A DNA stretch of 64,000 nucleotides from Candidatus Daviesbacteria bacterium (lineage in GTDB: Bacteria > Patescibacteriota > Microgenomatia > Daviesbacterales > UBA10151), in assembly GCA_028715175.1 (NCBI GenBank), contig JAQUSJ010000001.1, positions 7,760 through 71,759 of the forward strand, in the 5' to 3' direction. Position 1 is the stretch's first letter; every line of letters begins with the position of its first letter. A model generated the notes under the pieces. It saw only the letters and a program-made list of their open reading frames with translations, was not told the DNA's origin and did no database searches. The translations under genes were made by a program, and so were the position numbers. Positions 37,743 to 47,400 of this stretch are shown piece by piece.

Positions 37743-39493
37743 TATTTCTGTTCAATATTAAACAGCGGTCCGACAATTTGAATATTGGCAGGCGCTCTCA
37801 GGTTAAAGAAGTTCTTAAAATCTGTCGCATTGATGCTTTGCGTGCCTCCATCACCTGATACACTAACTTGAGTGGAACGTCCGCTGCCGGTATCCCATCC
37901 TACGCTGACCGAGGAAATCGAATTAAACGACTTAATACCCCTATTTTGTAACTCCTGCCGAACTCTGCCGGCATCCCAAGTGTCTGTACCGTCTGGATTA
38001 GATTTGTCCGTTTGCGACAAATGAGTCTGAGTAGAAGAATCTGCTTTAGCAAGGAGCAGAACATTAACAATGTCAGCCAACTCATCTGACTTTAACCAGG
38101 CTGTTTTATTATAACCGGCTCTTGAGCCCCAATCACAGTAAAACCACGGGCTGCCTTTATCATAGGCGTTATTTTGTAAATCGGAAAAATTGCCAACCGG
38201 GCTGCTTGTATCAATAGCGTTTTTTGTCCAACTGGTATTATTCCAACCGATCGAACCTGAGGAAAAAACATAACCTCCGTGGGTAGAAGAAAACCAGGCT
38301 TTGGCCGGTGAGCCGCCGTTTGTCAGAACAATACCGGAAGTAGCAGCAACTGCAGCTTGCCAATTACCGTCATTTGTTTCTTTTTTAACAACCTGGCATT
38401 GCTGGGAAGGACAAATGGGGCCGGATCCATTGTTTGTATAAGCAAGCGCATAAGACCTGGCAGCAATCGCTTGGGCTTTCAAGGCTTCAAAAGGCCATCC
38501 TGCCGGCATTTCATATAAGTGCTTAAGATATTCTTCGATATTATAATTTTCATCAAAAGATTGACCGTATTCGTTTCTGCCGGAAACATGGATATTAATA
38601 CCGGTTGAGTAACCTGTTGTATAGTCGGCATTGAAATAGGCAGACAAAATTGTCTGCGCGCTCTGTCCGGCTTCTGCCCGACCTTTGGCGCCGTATTGGT
38701 TTAACCCAACCCGGTTTGGCACACCATAAGTAAAAGCTGCAAAACGGGGAGAAAACCCGGGGTCAATACCGCGATCGTCAACACAACCTCCCTGCATAGT
38801 ATAAGCACTGCGGGGGATATTCAAACTGGCCAGTTTGGCGGCAATTAATTCCTGCTGTCTGGCTGATAAAGAAGCGATTTGTTTACCCAGATCTGCCTGA
38901 TAAGCTTTGGCTTTTTTAATTTCGCCTCCTAAAAATTTAGCGTTTTTGTCAACGTCTGCTTGAATCAAAGCTAATCTGGCTTTATCTTTTTCCAGTTTTT
39001 CTTTTTCAGTCAGGAGACTTACAACTTCAGCCGTAATAGAACTAATGATCTGACGGTCTTCTTTGGTAACAGACTGGCGGTATGAGAGCTCTCTGAATAA
39101 ATCCCCTGCTTGAATAGATGAAAGAATAACCAGCAGAGGATCTGTCAGATATGAACGGATGTAGTAAGCTTTTATTCTTTGCTCCAAAAGGGCTTGCTGC
39201 AGAGCTAATTTATCTTCCCTTGTATCCAGATCTTTTTGTTTTTGGGCAATTCCTGCCACCAAATTATCAATAGTAGCTTGGATTTGGGCCAGTTGCCGCT
39301 GCAACGATTCAAGTTGACCTTCCAAGGGCTTGGTAGCATTGACAGATAGCTCCCGGGCGTGATTTAGAGAATCAATCTGTTTTTGCAGGTCTTCTATCTC
39401 ATCAGCAAAGACAGCTGGTAGTAAGTAGTAAGTAGTAAGTAGTAAGGATAAGACAGCCAAAATGGCTACCAAAAATTTCTTGGCAGATAACAT
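37742..39493 (-). CDS. Coiled-coil plus SpoIID/LytB-domain cell-wall hydrolase
   Basis: GLNQYGA, EMPAGWPFEALKAQAIAARSYA, WFSSTHGG. Confidence 0.85.
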   Translation of the reverse strand: MLSAKKFLVAILAVLSLLLTTYYLLPAVFADEIEDLQKQIDSLNHARELSVNATKPLEGQLESLQRQLAQIQATIDNLVAGIAQKQKDLDTREDKLALQQALLEQRIKAYYIRSYLTDPLLVILSSIQAGDLFRELSYRQSVTKEDRQIISSITAEVVSLLTEKEKLEKDKARLALIQADVDKNAKFLGGEIKKAKAYQADLGKQIASLSARQQELIAAKLASLNIPRSAYTMQGGCVDDRGIDPGFSPRFAAFTYGVPNRVGLNQYGAKGRAEAGQSAQTILSAYFNADYTTGYSTGINIHVSGRNEYGQSFDENYNIEEYLKHLYEMPAGWPFEALKAQAIAARSYALAYTNNGSGPICPSQQCQVVKKETNDGNWQAAVAATSGIVLTNGGSPAKAWFSSTHGGYVFSSGSIGWNNTSWTKNAIDTSSPVGNFSDLQNNAYDKGSPWFYCDWGSRAGYNKTAWLKSDELADIVNVLLLAKADSSTQTHLSQTDKSNPDGTDTWDAGRVRQELQNRGIKSFNSISSVSVGWDTGSGRSTQVSVSGDGGTQSINATDFKNFFNLRAPANIQIVGPLFNIEQK

Positions 39494-39566
39494 GTTTCTA
39501 ATTTTACCATCCTGGCTACAAACTACCAACTACTAACTACCCACTAATTATGGTAAGTTAAATCTA

Positions 39567-40673
39567 ATGTCCAAAGTTTTTGCAAATACTCTTTTTGTCT
39601 TAATTTTATTTTTCCTTCTCTTTTTTATTGGTTTACCTGAAACAGTGTGGGCAGGCGCAATCTATTGTACTCCACAAAATGTAGAGGTTGAAACAAACAA
39701 TGATTTTAATACTAAAGTAACCATAAGCACACAAGGCACTGCTATTAGAGATGGCGATAAACTTGCAATGGATATTTTTAATAACAAAGAGAGGGTTAAA
39801 CAATCAGAAGAGGTTACAGTAGAAAATCAAACTGTAGTTTTTAACTTAGGAAAATTAATTCCCGGAACATATTCTTATAATTTATTTCGAGTCGAAACAC
39901 CTCGTTCGCAAACATTATGTCTTGGTCGACAAGATGGAGCTATCTTTAGTGTCGATGAAAAAGGCCAGGGAGGAGAAATAACTGCAAGCAATAATATTGA
40001 ATTCATACCTAGCTCTCCCACCCCAAGAGACATTATTTTTGTTCGTGTAAAAAATCTACCAGAGGATACGGCATATTTGGTAGCCTTTTCGCGCGGCAAA
40101 GAACAAATTAGCCAAACCAGACCTAGCCGATGTTTTATTTCAGATAACCAAGAATTTGCTTTTTATATCGAACCTCTTGAAGCAGGTTACTGGAATGTAG
40201 TCGTCTCTAAAAAAGCCGGACAACCAAATGACGATCAATGCCAGTTCGCTACCGGATCTCCATTAGCTAGTGGAACAATTAGAATTTCTGAAACTGATAT
40301 TGTTATTCCCACTAAACCACCTCAAAAGGCCTCAGCAAAAGGAGATCCTTGTGATGATAAAGAAAGAGGGCCGGCATTTAAGACTGCCATTGGCTGTATT
40401 CATACCAACCCAACAGAACTTATTAAAGATATCCTCACCTTTGTTATTGGTATCTCCGGAGGACTAGCATTTTTAATGATGCTTTTGGGGGCATTTCAGA
40501 TGTTAACCTCTGCTGGAAATCCTGAAACTTTGAATGCAGGTAAAGATAGATTAACCAGTGCAATCATTGGACTTTTGTTTATTGTTTTTGCAATACTACT
40601 ACTACAAATTATTGGAGTTGGTATACTAAGCATACCAGGATTTGGCAAAGGTTTACCAAATAAATTTATATGA
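39567..40673 (+). CDS. Extended pilin (secreted beta-rich domain plus C-terminal VirB2/TrbC-like pilin)
   Basis: TAIGCI, GAFQMLTSAGNPE..GKDRLTSAIIGL. Confidence 0.8.
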   Translation: MSKVFANTLFVLILFFLLFFIGLPETVWAGAIYCTPQNVEVETNNDFNTKVTISTQGTAIRDGDKLAMDIFNNKERVKQSEEVTVENQTVVFNLGKLIPGTYSYNLFRVETPRSQTLCLGRQDGAIFSVDEKGQGGEITASNNIEFIPSSPTPRDIIFVRVKNLPEDTAYLVAFSRGKEQISQTRPSRCFISDNQEFAFYIEPLEAGYWNVVVSKKAGQPNDDQCQFATGSPLASGTIRISETDIVIPTKPPQKASAKGDPCDDKERGPAFKTAIGCIHTNPTELIKDILTFVIGISGGLAFLMMLLGAFQMLTSAGNPETLNAGKDRLTSAIIGLLFIVFAILLLQIIGVGILSIPGFGKGLPNKFI

Positions 40674-40993
40674 ATAAGTTGGCATTAACATTACCCGGAA
40701 CCGGAAATATTATAGACAGCCCTGTTCAAGACAGGTTTCCCGATCTTGGGAGTGTTCTTTCAGGTCTTCTAAATATTACCTTCTATATTGCCGTATTCAT
40801 AACTTTCTACTTTTTCATTTGGGGAGCTTTTGCTTATATTGTGGCTCAAGGCAAAAAAGAAGATTTAGCCAAAGCCAGAAATAGAATTACCTGGTCACTA
40901 ATTGGGCTAATAATAATATTTCTGTCGTATTTTATAGCCAGATTTGTTGCCGAAATTCTCAAGACTAACATCAAAGGAGGGCTACCGTTCTGA
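40670..40993 (+). CDS. VirB2/TrbC-like pilin
   Basis: WGAFAYIVAQG..KARNRITWSLIGL. Confidence 0.8.
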   Translation: MNKLALTLPGTGNIIDSPVQDRFPDLGSVLSGLLNITFYIAVFITFYFFIWGAFAYIVAQGKKEDLAKARNRITWSLIGLIIIFLSYFIARFVAEILKTNIKGGLPF

Positions 40994-41310
40994 AAAAATT
41001 TCCGATTCTACTTGCCCGGGTTAACATTGATGAAAAATTTGGCTTTGGAGGAATCACTTCATTGGGGAAAGCAACCAGTGATTTGGTACCCCCTATATTT
41101 TCTATTGCAACAGCACTGGTAGTTATGTATTTCCTGTGGGGGGCTTTAAAATTTTTAATGTCCGGAGCAAACAAAGAAGAAACAGCCGAGGCAAGACAAA
41201 TGATTACCCATGCCATAATAGGGTTTATAATATTAATATTCGCATTTTTTATTTTGCAGTTCTTATTGAACGGTTTATTCAATATAAAGGATTTTCAAAT
41301 AATCAAATGA
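40990..41310 (+). CDS. VirB2/TrbC-like pilin (apparent CTG start)
   Basis: WGALKFLMSGA..ARQMITHAIIG; SD AAAGGAGG upstream of CTG. Confidence 0.75.
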   Translation: MKKFPILLARVNIDEKFGFGGITSLGKATSDLVPPIFSIATALVVMYFLWGALKFLMSGANKEETAEARQMITHAIIGFIILIFAFFILQFLLNGLFNIKDFQIIK

Positions 41311-41762
41311 AAATTTTATCTTTACTCATAATATTTTTTACATTTTTGCTTTTAACAAATAACGTTTATGCTCTTGACTGTTCTGGAGCAGATAAAGATA
41401 GAGTTGAGTGTAGATTCGGCACGATTACTCCTCCTTCACCCATAGCGGGTTTTATTGGTGGTGACCAAACAGGCACGGCAGGAATCAGTAAATTTTTATC
41501 AAATGGTGTGGCCCTCATTTACTCTATTGCGGTGGTAATTTTAGTTTTTATGCTCCTTTGGGGATCATTTGAATGGATAATCTCCGAAGGAGATAAAGAA
41601 AAAATCGCTGCCGCCCAAAAAAGAATCCTTAATGCCATTATTGGCATAATTCTTTTTGCCGTTGCTTTTGCCGTTATAAAACTTTTGGGCCAATTTACCG
41701 GTTTTGAATTTTTTGTAGGACAAAATCCACCATCTCTCTTGCCATATGAAAGAACTATATAA
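41307..41762 (+). CDS. VirB2/TrbC-like pilin
   Basis: ATGA-coupled start, signal peptide, WIISEGDKEKIAAAQKRILNAIIG. Confidence 0.8.
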   Translation: MKILSLLIIFFTFLLLTNNVYALDCSGADKDRVECRFGTITPPSPIAGFIGGDQTGTAGISKFLSNGVALIYSIAVVILVFMLLWGSFEWIISEGDKEKIAAAQKRILNAIIGIILFAVAFAVIKLLGQFTGFEFFVGQNPPSLLPYERTI

Positions 41763-41808
41763 CCGCCGCTTGACAAATAAATTTTTGTGTGACTAAAATA
41801 AATTGTAG

Positions 41809-42192
41809 ATGAAAAAATTATTAGCTTTGCCCTCTGCTATTACTGCTTTATCAATACCTGTACTAACATTTGCTGCAGACGAAAAGATAAATATCAGTCC
41901 TCCCCCGTACGGCTATAAAAGCCTTGGCGGCTTTGTTACTAACCTAATCACTATTGCTTTTAGCGTTGCTATCCTGACAGTTTTGGTTATGCTTATCTGG
42001 GGAGCATTTGAATGGATTGTATCCGGAGGTGACAAAGAAGCTGTAGGTAAGGCCAGAAACAGAATTCTCAATGCTCTCATAGGTTTAGCTGTTTTGGCAA
42101 TAGCCTTTGCTCTGGCAACTGTTGGCGCTCAAATTTTAGGTTTCCCAGATATCACAAGCGGCCTCCCTATCCCGACACCGCCTCCACAATAA
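41809..42192 (+). CDS. VirB2/TrbC-like pilin (own promoter; candidate major pilin)
   Basis: WIVSGGDKEAVGKARNRILNALIGL; TTGACA-N18-TAAAAT upstream. Confidence 0.82.
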   Translation: MKKLLALPSAITALSIPVLTFAADEKINISPPPYGYKSLGGFVTNLITIAFSVAILTVLVMLIWGAFEWIVSGGDKEAVGKARNRILNALIGLAVLAIAFALATVGAQILGFPDITSGLPIPTPPPQ

Positions 42193-42222
42193 ACTTCGTA
42201 AGATTGATCTGCAACGATATTC

Positions 42223-42576
42223 GTGGTAAGTTTAAAGTATATGGGCCCAGACGCTGCAGGTTTAACAGAAATTGAAAGAGTTATCGGTAATGTTATTTCC
42301 GTTATTGTAGGTCTTGGACTTATTGCCATGCTGGTGATGTTAATTTGGTCTGGATTTAAGTTCCTTTTTTCCGGCGGAGACCCCAAAGCTGTGGAGGTTG
42401 CCCGTCTGACATTTGCCTGGGCAATTTTAGGAATTATTTTTATGGCTATTGCCTGGTTAATTTTGCAGCTTATTGCAAGCTTTACCGGATTACCAGTAAC
42501 AGTATTTAATATAAAAAGTCTATGCGGTGACCCGCAAGCAAATTTTCCGTTTTGCAGCCCATCACCTGCCCCTTAA
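42223..42576 (+). CDS. VirB2/TrbC-like pilin
   Basis: GFKFLFSGGDPKAVEVARLTFAWAILG. Confidence 0.8.
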   Translation: MVSLKYMGPDAAGLTEIERVIGNVISVIVGLGLIAMLVMLIWSGFKFLFSGGDPKAVEVARLTFAWAILGIIFMAIAWLILQLIASFTGLPVTVFNIKSLCGDPQANFPFCSPSPAP

Positions 42577-42615
42577 AACTTGCAAAACAGGGATGATTTG
42601 TTTTACTGTTAAAGT

Positions 42616-44406
42616 ATGACTGCCTGGAAGTTAGTTGTTAGTTGTTCGTTATTAGTTATTAGTTTATTTTTAGCACCTCTCTCTGCACTGGCTGTATCTT
42701 CTCTCCCTAGCTCAAGCACCTCTGCAACTACAACCTACAACCTACAACCTACAACCTCTTTACCTCCTACCATTCCCCCTACCTCTCCTCTTTATACTGA
42801 TCTTTTGGTCAATAATATGTTCCATACTTTCAGCTGTCTGGCTGTGGGACAATCTGTAATTGGCCAACCATGCTTAACTTATCAGATTACCAAAAACGCC
42901 CAGGGGGCAATCCAAAGCGTGCCTGTTCTTTCTTCGGTAAATTTATCCGGAGGAACTTTAGGCGCTGTTACTTCTGTAATTGGGGCTTTATACATGAATC
43001 CGCCTGTTCGAACTGCTGATTATCTAGCCTCTGTAGGAGAGGGTTTGGGAATAGTTAAACAGGCTCATGCTCAGGGAGTAACCGGATCCGGGGCCAATGT
43101 GCTAAAACCCATTATCAGCTTATGGCAAGTGTCAAGAAATATTTCATATGTCATCATGATCATTATTTTTGTGATCATAGGCTTGATGATTATGTTTAGA
43201 AATAGAATAAATCCACAAACCGTCATTACCGCCCAAACTGCATTACCCGGATTAGTGATTGGTTTAATCTTAATTACTTTCTCTTACTTTTTGGCAGGAC
43301 TGATTTCTGACATGGCCTTTATAGGAACAAACATCGTCGGCTATTACTTTTCTGCTGCCCAAAATTCGCCGTCTGGTTCAACTATACATTGTCCCGATTC
43401 GTCCAGCCTGGTGGATTGCACAGAAAAGGCAAATGTTTTAAGTATCTTCAGCCCGCTGACAGGAATTATTGACAAAAATAATGCTGCTACTATGTTAAGC
43501 AATGTATGGAGTTCGCTGAGCGTAGAAGCCCAACGTTTACTAACAATGCTGGCAATGTTTATAACAGCCCAAACAACCTTACAAAGCACAGAATTTTTAA
43601 AGATGATTCCTAAATTTGGAGAAGCTGTTCAAGCGCTTCTTGTTGGCATTACAGTAGGTGCTACCCTAACAAATCCTACTGCTCTTATTGGACTTGCTCT
43701 AGCCTTTATAGCAACCGCTATATTACTATATTCCATGTTTAAACTATTGCTACGTCTTATAAATAACTATATAACCATTATCTTTTTAACCATCACTGCC
43801 CCTTTCCAATTTTTAGCAGCATCTTTGCCCGGCAGACAGGGAATCGCTACTGGTTGGATTTTAAATATGTTAGCCAATATTTTGGCATTTCCGGCAGTCC
43901 TGGCTGTATTCTATTTTGTGGCTTTTCTTTTGGGACCAAATGTTGAAGCTGTAAAAAAATTACCATTTCAAGTTTCTGATAAAACTGCGGTAACCGGCAT
44001 CTCGGCTTTTCCTCTGCTCGGAGGCTTAGATCTTAACTTTATCAATCTTCTCTTAGCTTTTGGAGCTTTGGTGGCGCTACCTTCTATTCCAGATATTATT
44101 GGTAAAACAGTTGGTAGAGCTTCTCAAGCTGAACAACTGATTGGTCAGGGGATTGGGGCTGGAATTGCCCAAGGTAGAGGCTATGCCGGCCAATTCCAGC
44201 AAGGAGTAGGAGCAGCCAGTAGCCAATTTGCTAGAGCCAGAGGTTTGTTCAATACTCCTGGATATAAAATGCAGTTAGTCCCTGGGACTACGGATCAATA
44301 CCAAATCGTAGAAACATATGAAGCAGGAAGAGGCGCTACTTTTGGAACTCTAAGCAGAAGAGGAATTACCAAGCCACCAAAATTAGAACCAGGTGTCGAA
44401 GAGTAA
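42616..44406 (+). CDS. VirB6/TrbL-like polytopic membrane protein
   Basis: LWQVSRNISY, LITFSYFLAGL..D, multiple TM, Gly/Ala-rich tail; follows the pilins. Confidence 0.65.
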   Translation: MTAWKLVVSCSLLVISLFLAPLSALAVSSLPSSSTSATTTYNLQPTTSLPPTIPPTSPLYTDLLVNNMFHTFSCLAVGQSVIGQPCLTYQITKNAQGAIQSVPVLSSVNLSGGTLGAVTSVIGALYMNPPVRTADYLASVGEGLGIVKQAHAQGVTGSGANVLKPIISLWQVSRNISYVIMIIIFVIIGLMIMFRNRINPQTVITAQTALPGLVIGLILITFSYFLAGLISDMAFIGTNIVGYYFSAAQNSPSGSTIHCPDSSSLVDCTEKANVLSIFSPLTGIIDKNNAATMLSNVWSSLSVEAQRLLTMLAMFITAQTTLQSTEFLKMIPKFGEAVQALLVGITVGATLTNPTALIGLALAFIATAILLYSMFKLLLRLINNYITIIFLTITAPFQFLAASLPGRQGIATGWILNMLANILAFPAVLAVFYFVAFLLGPNVEAVKKLPFQVSDKTAVTGISAFPLLGGLDLNFINLLLAFGALVALPSIPDIIGKTVGRASQAEQLIGQGIGAGIAQGRGYAGQFQQGVGAASSQFARARGLFNTPGYKMQLVPGTTDQYQIVETYEAGRGATFGTLSRRGITKPPKLEPGVEE

Positions 44407-44433
44407 GAAGACACAAAATAAAGCTCCGGTTTA

Positions 44434-47400
44434 TTAAAGAGCCATCTTATCAAATAACCAACCAGCCCAATCGCGGCCATCATACTTTCTAACCCATTGA
44501 CCATTTTCAGCTACAAACCAGTAATAAGGCTTCCTAAGGAATGAGTAGACTTCTGCTTCAGCCGGATATGCCTGCGCTCCGCCTCCGGGCCCCTTATCCA
44601 GCAACCAATCTACGTAAGCGTTCCAAAACATTCTTGCAATATGCCTGGAAGTCCCGGTATTCTTTTCCTTCTCCAGGGCTATAGCCGGATTAAACCTACC
44701 ATTGGGTAAAAAGACATCTGTTTTTCTTAAATCTAAAGCTCCACCTGCATTTCTCTGATCCGAATACATTGTCCTAACTTTTCTTAATGTATCCCATACT
44801 CTACCAAAATTTTCCAGTAGTATATGAAATACTTCCACTTCTCCCTCAGGCTTCTGAAGAGCTTCAACTAGTTTCTCTCTGATCTTTAACACATCTTCAG
44901 AATTATTGGTTGGCTTCATTAATAAACCTTCATGATGATCCCCTGTCTTAGGATCAGTACCACCAATCAAAGCAAACCATAATATAGTACTGCTATCCAT
45001 CAGATTAATAAATTTAGTGATAGCAAATTGACTGGCTATTCTTTGGTTTGTTAATTCATGAATCTTATCATCCATCATTGAAACCGCTCCCATTACCCCA
45101 TGACGCCCTAAATTACCAGCCATGGTATCTGCGTGCATAGGAGCTACAGAGAGTGCTGCCTTAAGTCTTCTAGCCCATCTGTCAGGCATTTTGGCAGTCA
45201 AAGCTTCAATTTGCAAAGAAAATCTAAAATCACCCCCAAGATCTTCAGTATAATAACCAGTACCCATATGTTCCTTATTACCATCATTAGGCAAAGATCG
45301 CTCCTTGAAAACATTTCTTACCCCAACCCAACCTAAAAGCGACTCTTCAACCGCAGCATCAAAAACAATCCCTTCCAAAGTCATTTGTTCCCCAGCAAAC
45401 TCTTTGACCCGGCACAAAGTGGGATCCAACGTCAGAAGTAAACCAGCAAAAATATCAGCATCTTCTGGCCGTAACTTTCCATCCCTGATTTGTCTGGCTT
45501 GGTCAATTACATAATCAGGCAACAAAGTATGCGTATTGTTGCTTTGATAAGCCCAATAAGTGTGAGCTGTATGCAGGGCTAACCAACTGTCTGCGGCAGT
45601 CGGGACATCCAAATCAACTTCTTCAACAAAAACAAATGTTCCGTCACCCCGTTCTGTTAAAATATATTTAGGATTGTCTTCAAGACCATAATGCAGGATA
45701 AGGTTACCAAGATCTATAAGTTTACGATCCTTTCCTCCGGGTTTATCATAAATAATGAGCTTACCGCTTGTTGCATCAAAATCGCTCTCGCCTAAACCAA
45801 CAGGTTTACCACTTTTATCGTAACCAAAGATAGGCTGACTGTTTTCATCAAAAGCAATAATAGGTAGCCCATTTTGGCTGTAGCCGAAAACATGCGGCCT
45901 TTTTAACTTCATCTGGCTAAGAGCAATTGGCTGAAGTTCAATCATACCGGACTTTAATTCACCATTCTCATCAAAATAATCTAAGTAATTAGCTGCATAA
46001 TCAGCATCAGAAAATTTTGCCGCAAATCCTTTTTCATAAATGGCATCTACCGCCCTTTCAAGTGCTTTCTGTACCATGGCTTCTCTGTATCTAGCTCTAA
46101 AATTAGGGTACCTATACTGATCATTTTCATCCTTACCCTCTACTCTTTCCTTAAACCCTTCTGTTTGCCAAATAGGTGAGTCGTCTCTATATTTCATCCG
46201 TATCCAATTTACAACAGCCATACCGGCTTTTTGAGCCAGATGGGCTGGGATATGATCAAATGTAAGATTTTCTCTGTCCGCAGGATTCAGGCTGTTATAT
46301 AGAGCTTGTTCTGTAGGAGGAAAAGAATCCAGTCGCCTACCTTTAGCTATCTCATCCAAAATCCATCCTTTATGCTGATTCTCGGTAAAACCTTTTCTTC
46401 TCTGCGCAGGCGACCATTGGCTGATATCAGGATCTGAAGCTTTTTGCTCCTTATGATTGTCCTGCCGGAATTTCAAATACTCCCGGACATATTGATTTTT
46501 ACCAACGAAATAAACTGCTCCACCTCTGATAGTTGTTTCGTGAGTTACGCCCTGCATTTGCATAGCTACATCAAAGCTAGTTTCTGAATCGGCATAATAT
46601 TTATCGTAAAACCTCTTATCTTGTCTTTTAATCCGTTTTAACTTCACTAATTTATCAATCAATTTTTCTTTTCTCCCTAAAACTACCGTCCCTGTCCTAA
46701 CTTCCTGCCTAAGTTCATCCATTAGGGTTTGGATTCTGCCTAACTTAACAGAATCCCGTAATTTTCTGGGGAAATTCTCGGGGAGTTTATCAATATCCAA
46801 ACCTTTGTTGCGAACATATTCCTGATAGTTATTTCTGTGAGCATCGCTATTATCAAACCCATCAAACAGGGCCTTCAAAGCCTCGGCAGATTGATGAATA
46901 CCTATCCGCTCCTGATTAGTCTTCGGGTGTACTCTTTGCGCTAAATAAAATTCCCTGTCATCGTCTTCCGCAAAGCTGTCTAAATCATCATCATTCTCTT
47001 TCAGATGTTTATCAAGCTGTTCCAAGCGTACTGCCCTTTTGTAACGCAATTCTGGATCCGAAACAAGATCTACATCACGCCAGTCATAGTCTTTTAAGAC
47101 AATGCCCATGCCTCTTTCTTTTTGTATTCCATAAATTATTGCCCTGATATACTCCTGCACCTGAGTGCGATCTCCAAATTGTCCTCTTGACCCTTGGGCG
47201 TTTAAGGCAAATTCAATCATAGCCAAATTATCAAAACAAAAGGTATGAAATCCAACTCCGCATTCCTCGCCTGAGCGCAGAGCTCTAACCCATCTTTGAG
47301 GTCCTTCGTGCATAGCCATTGCCATTGCACCCTGCTTAGCCCCTTCTTTGTTATAATGCTCGCTATTGTAAAAAGTGTGCCAGAGAAAAGCCCGTCCTTC

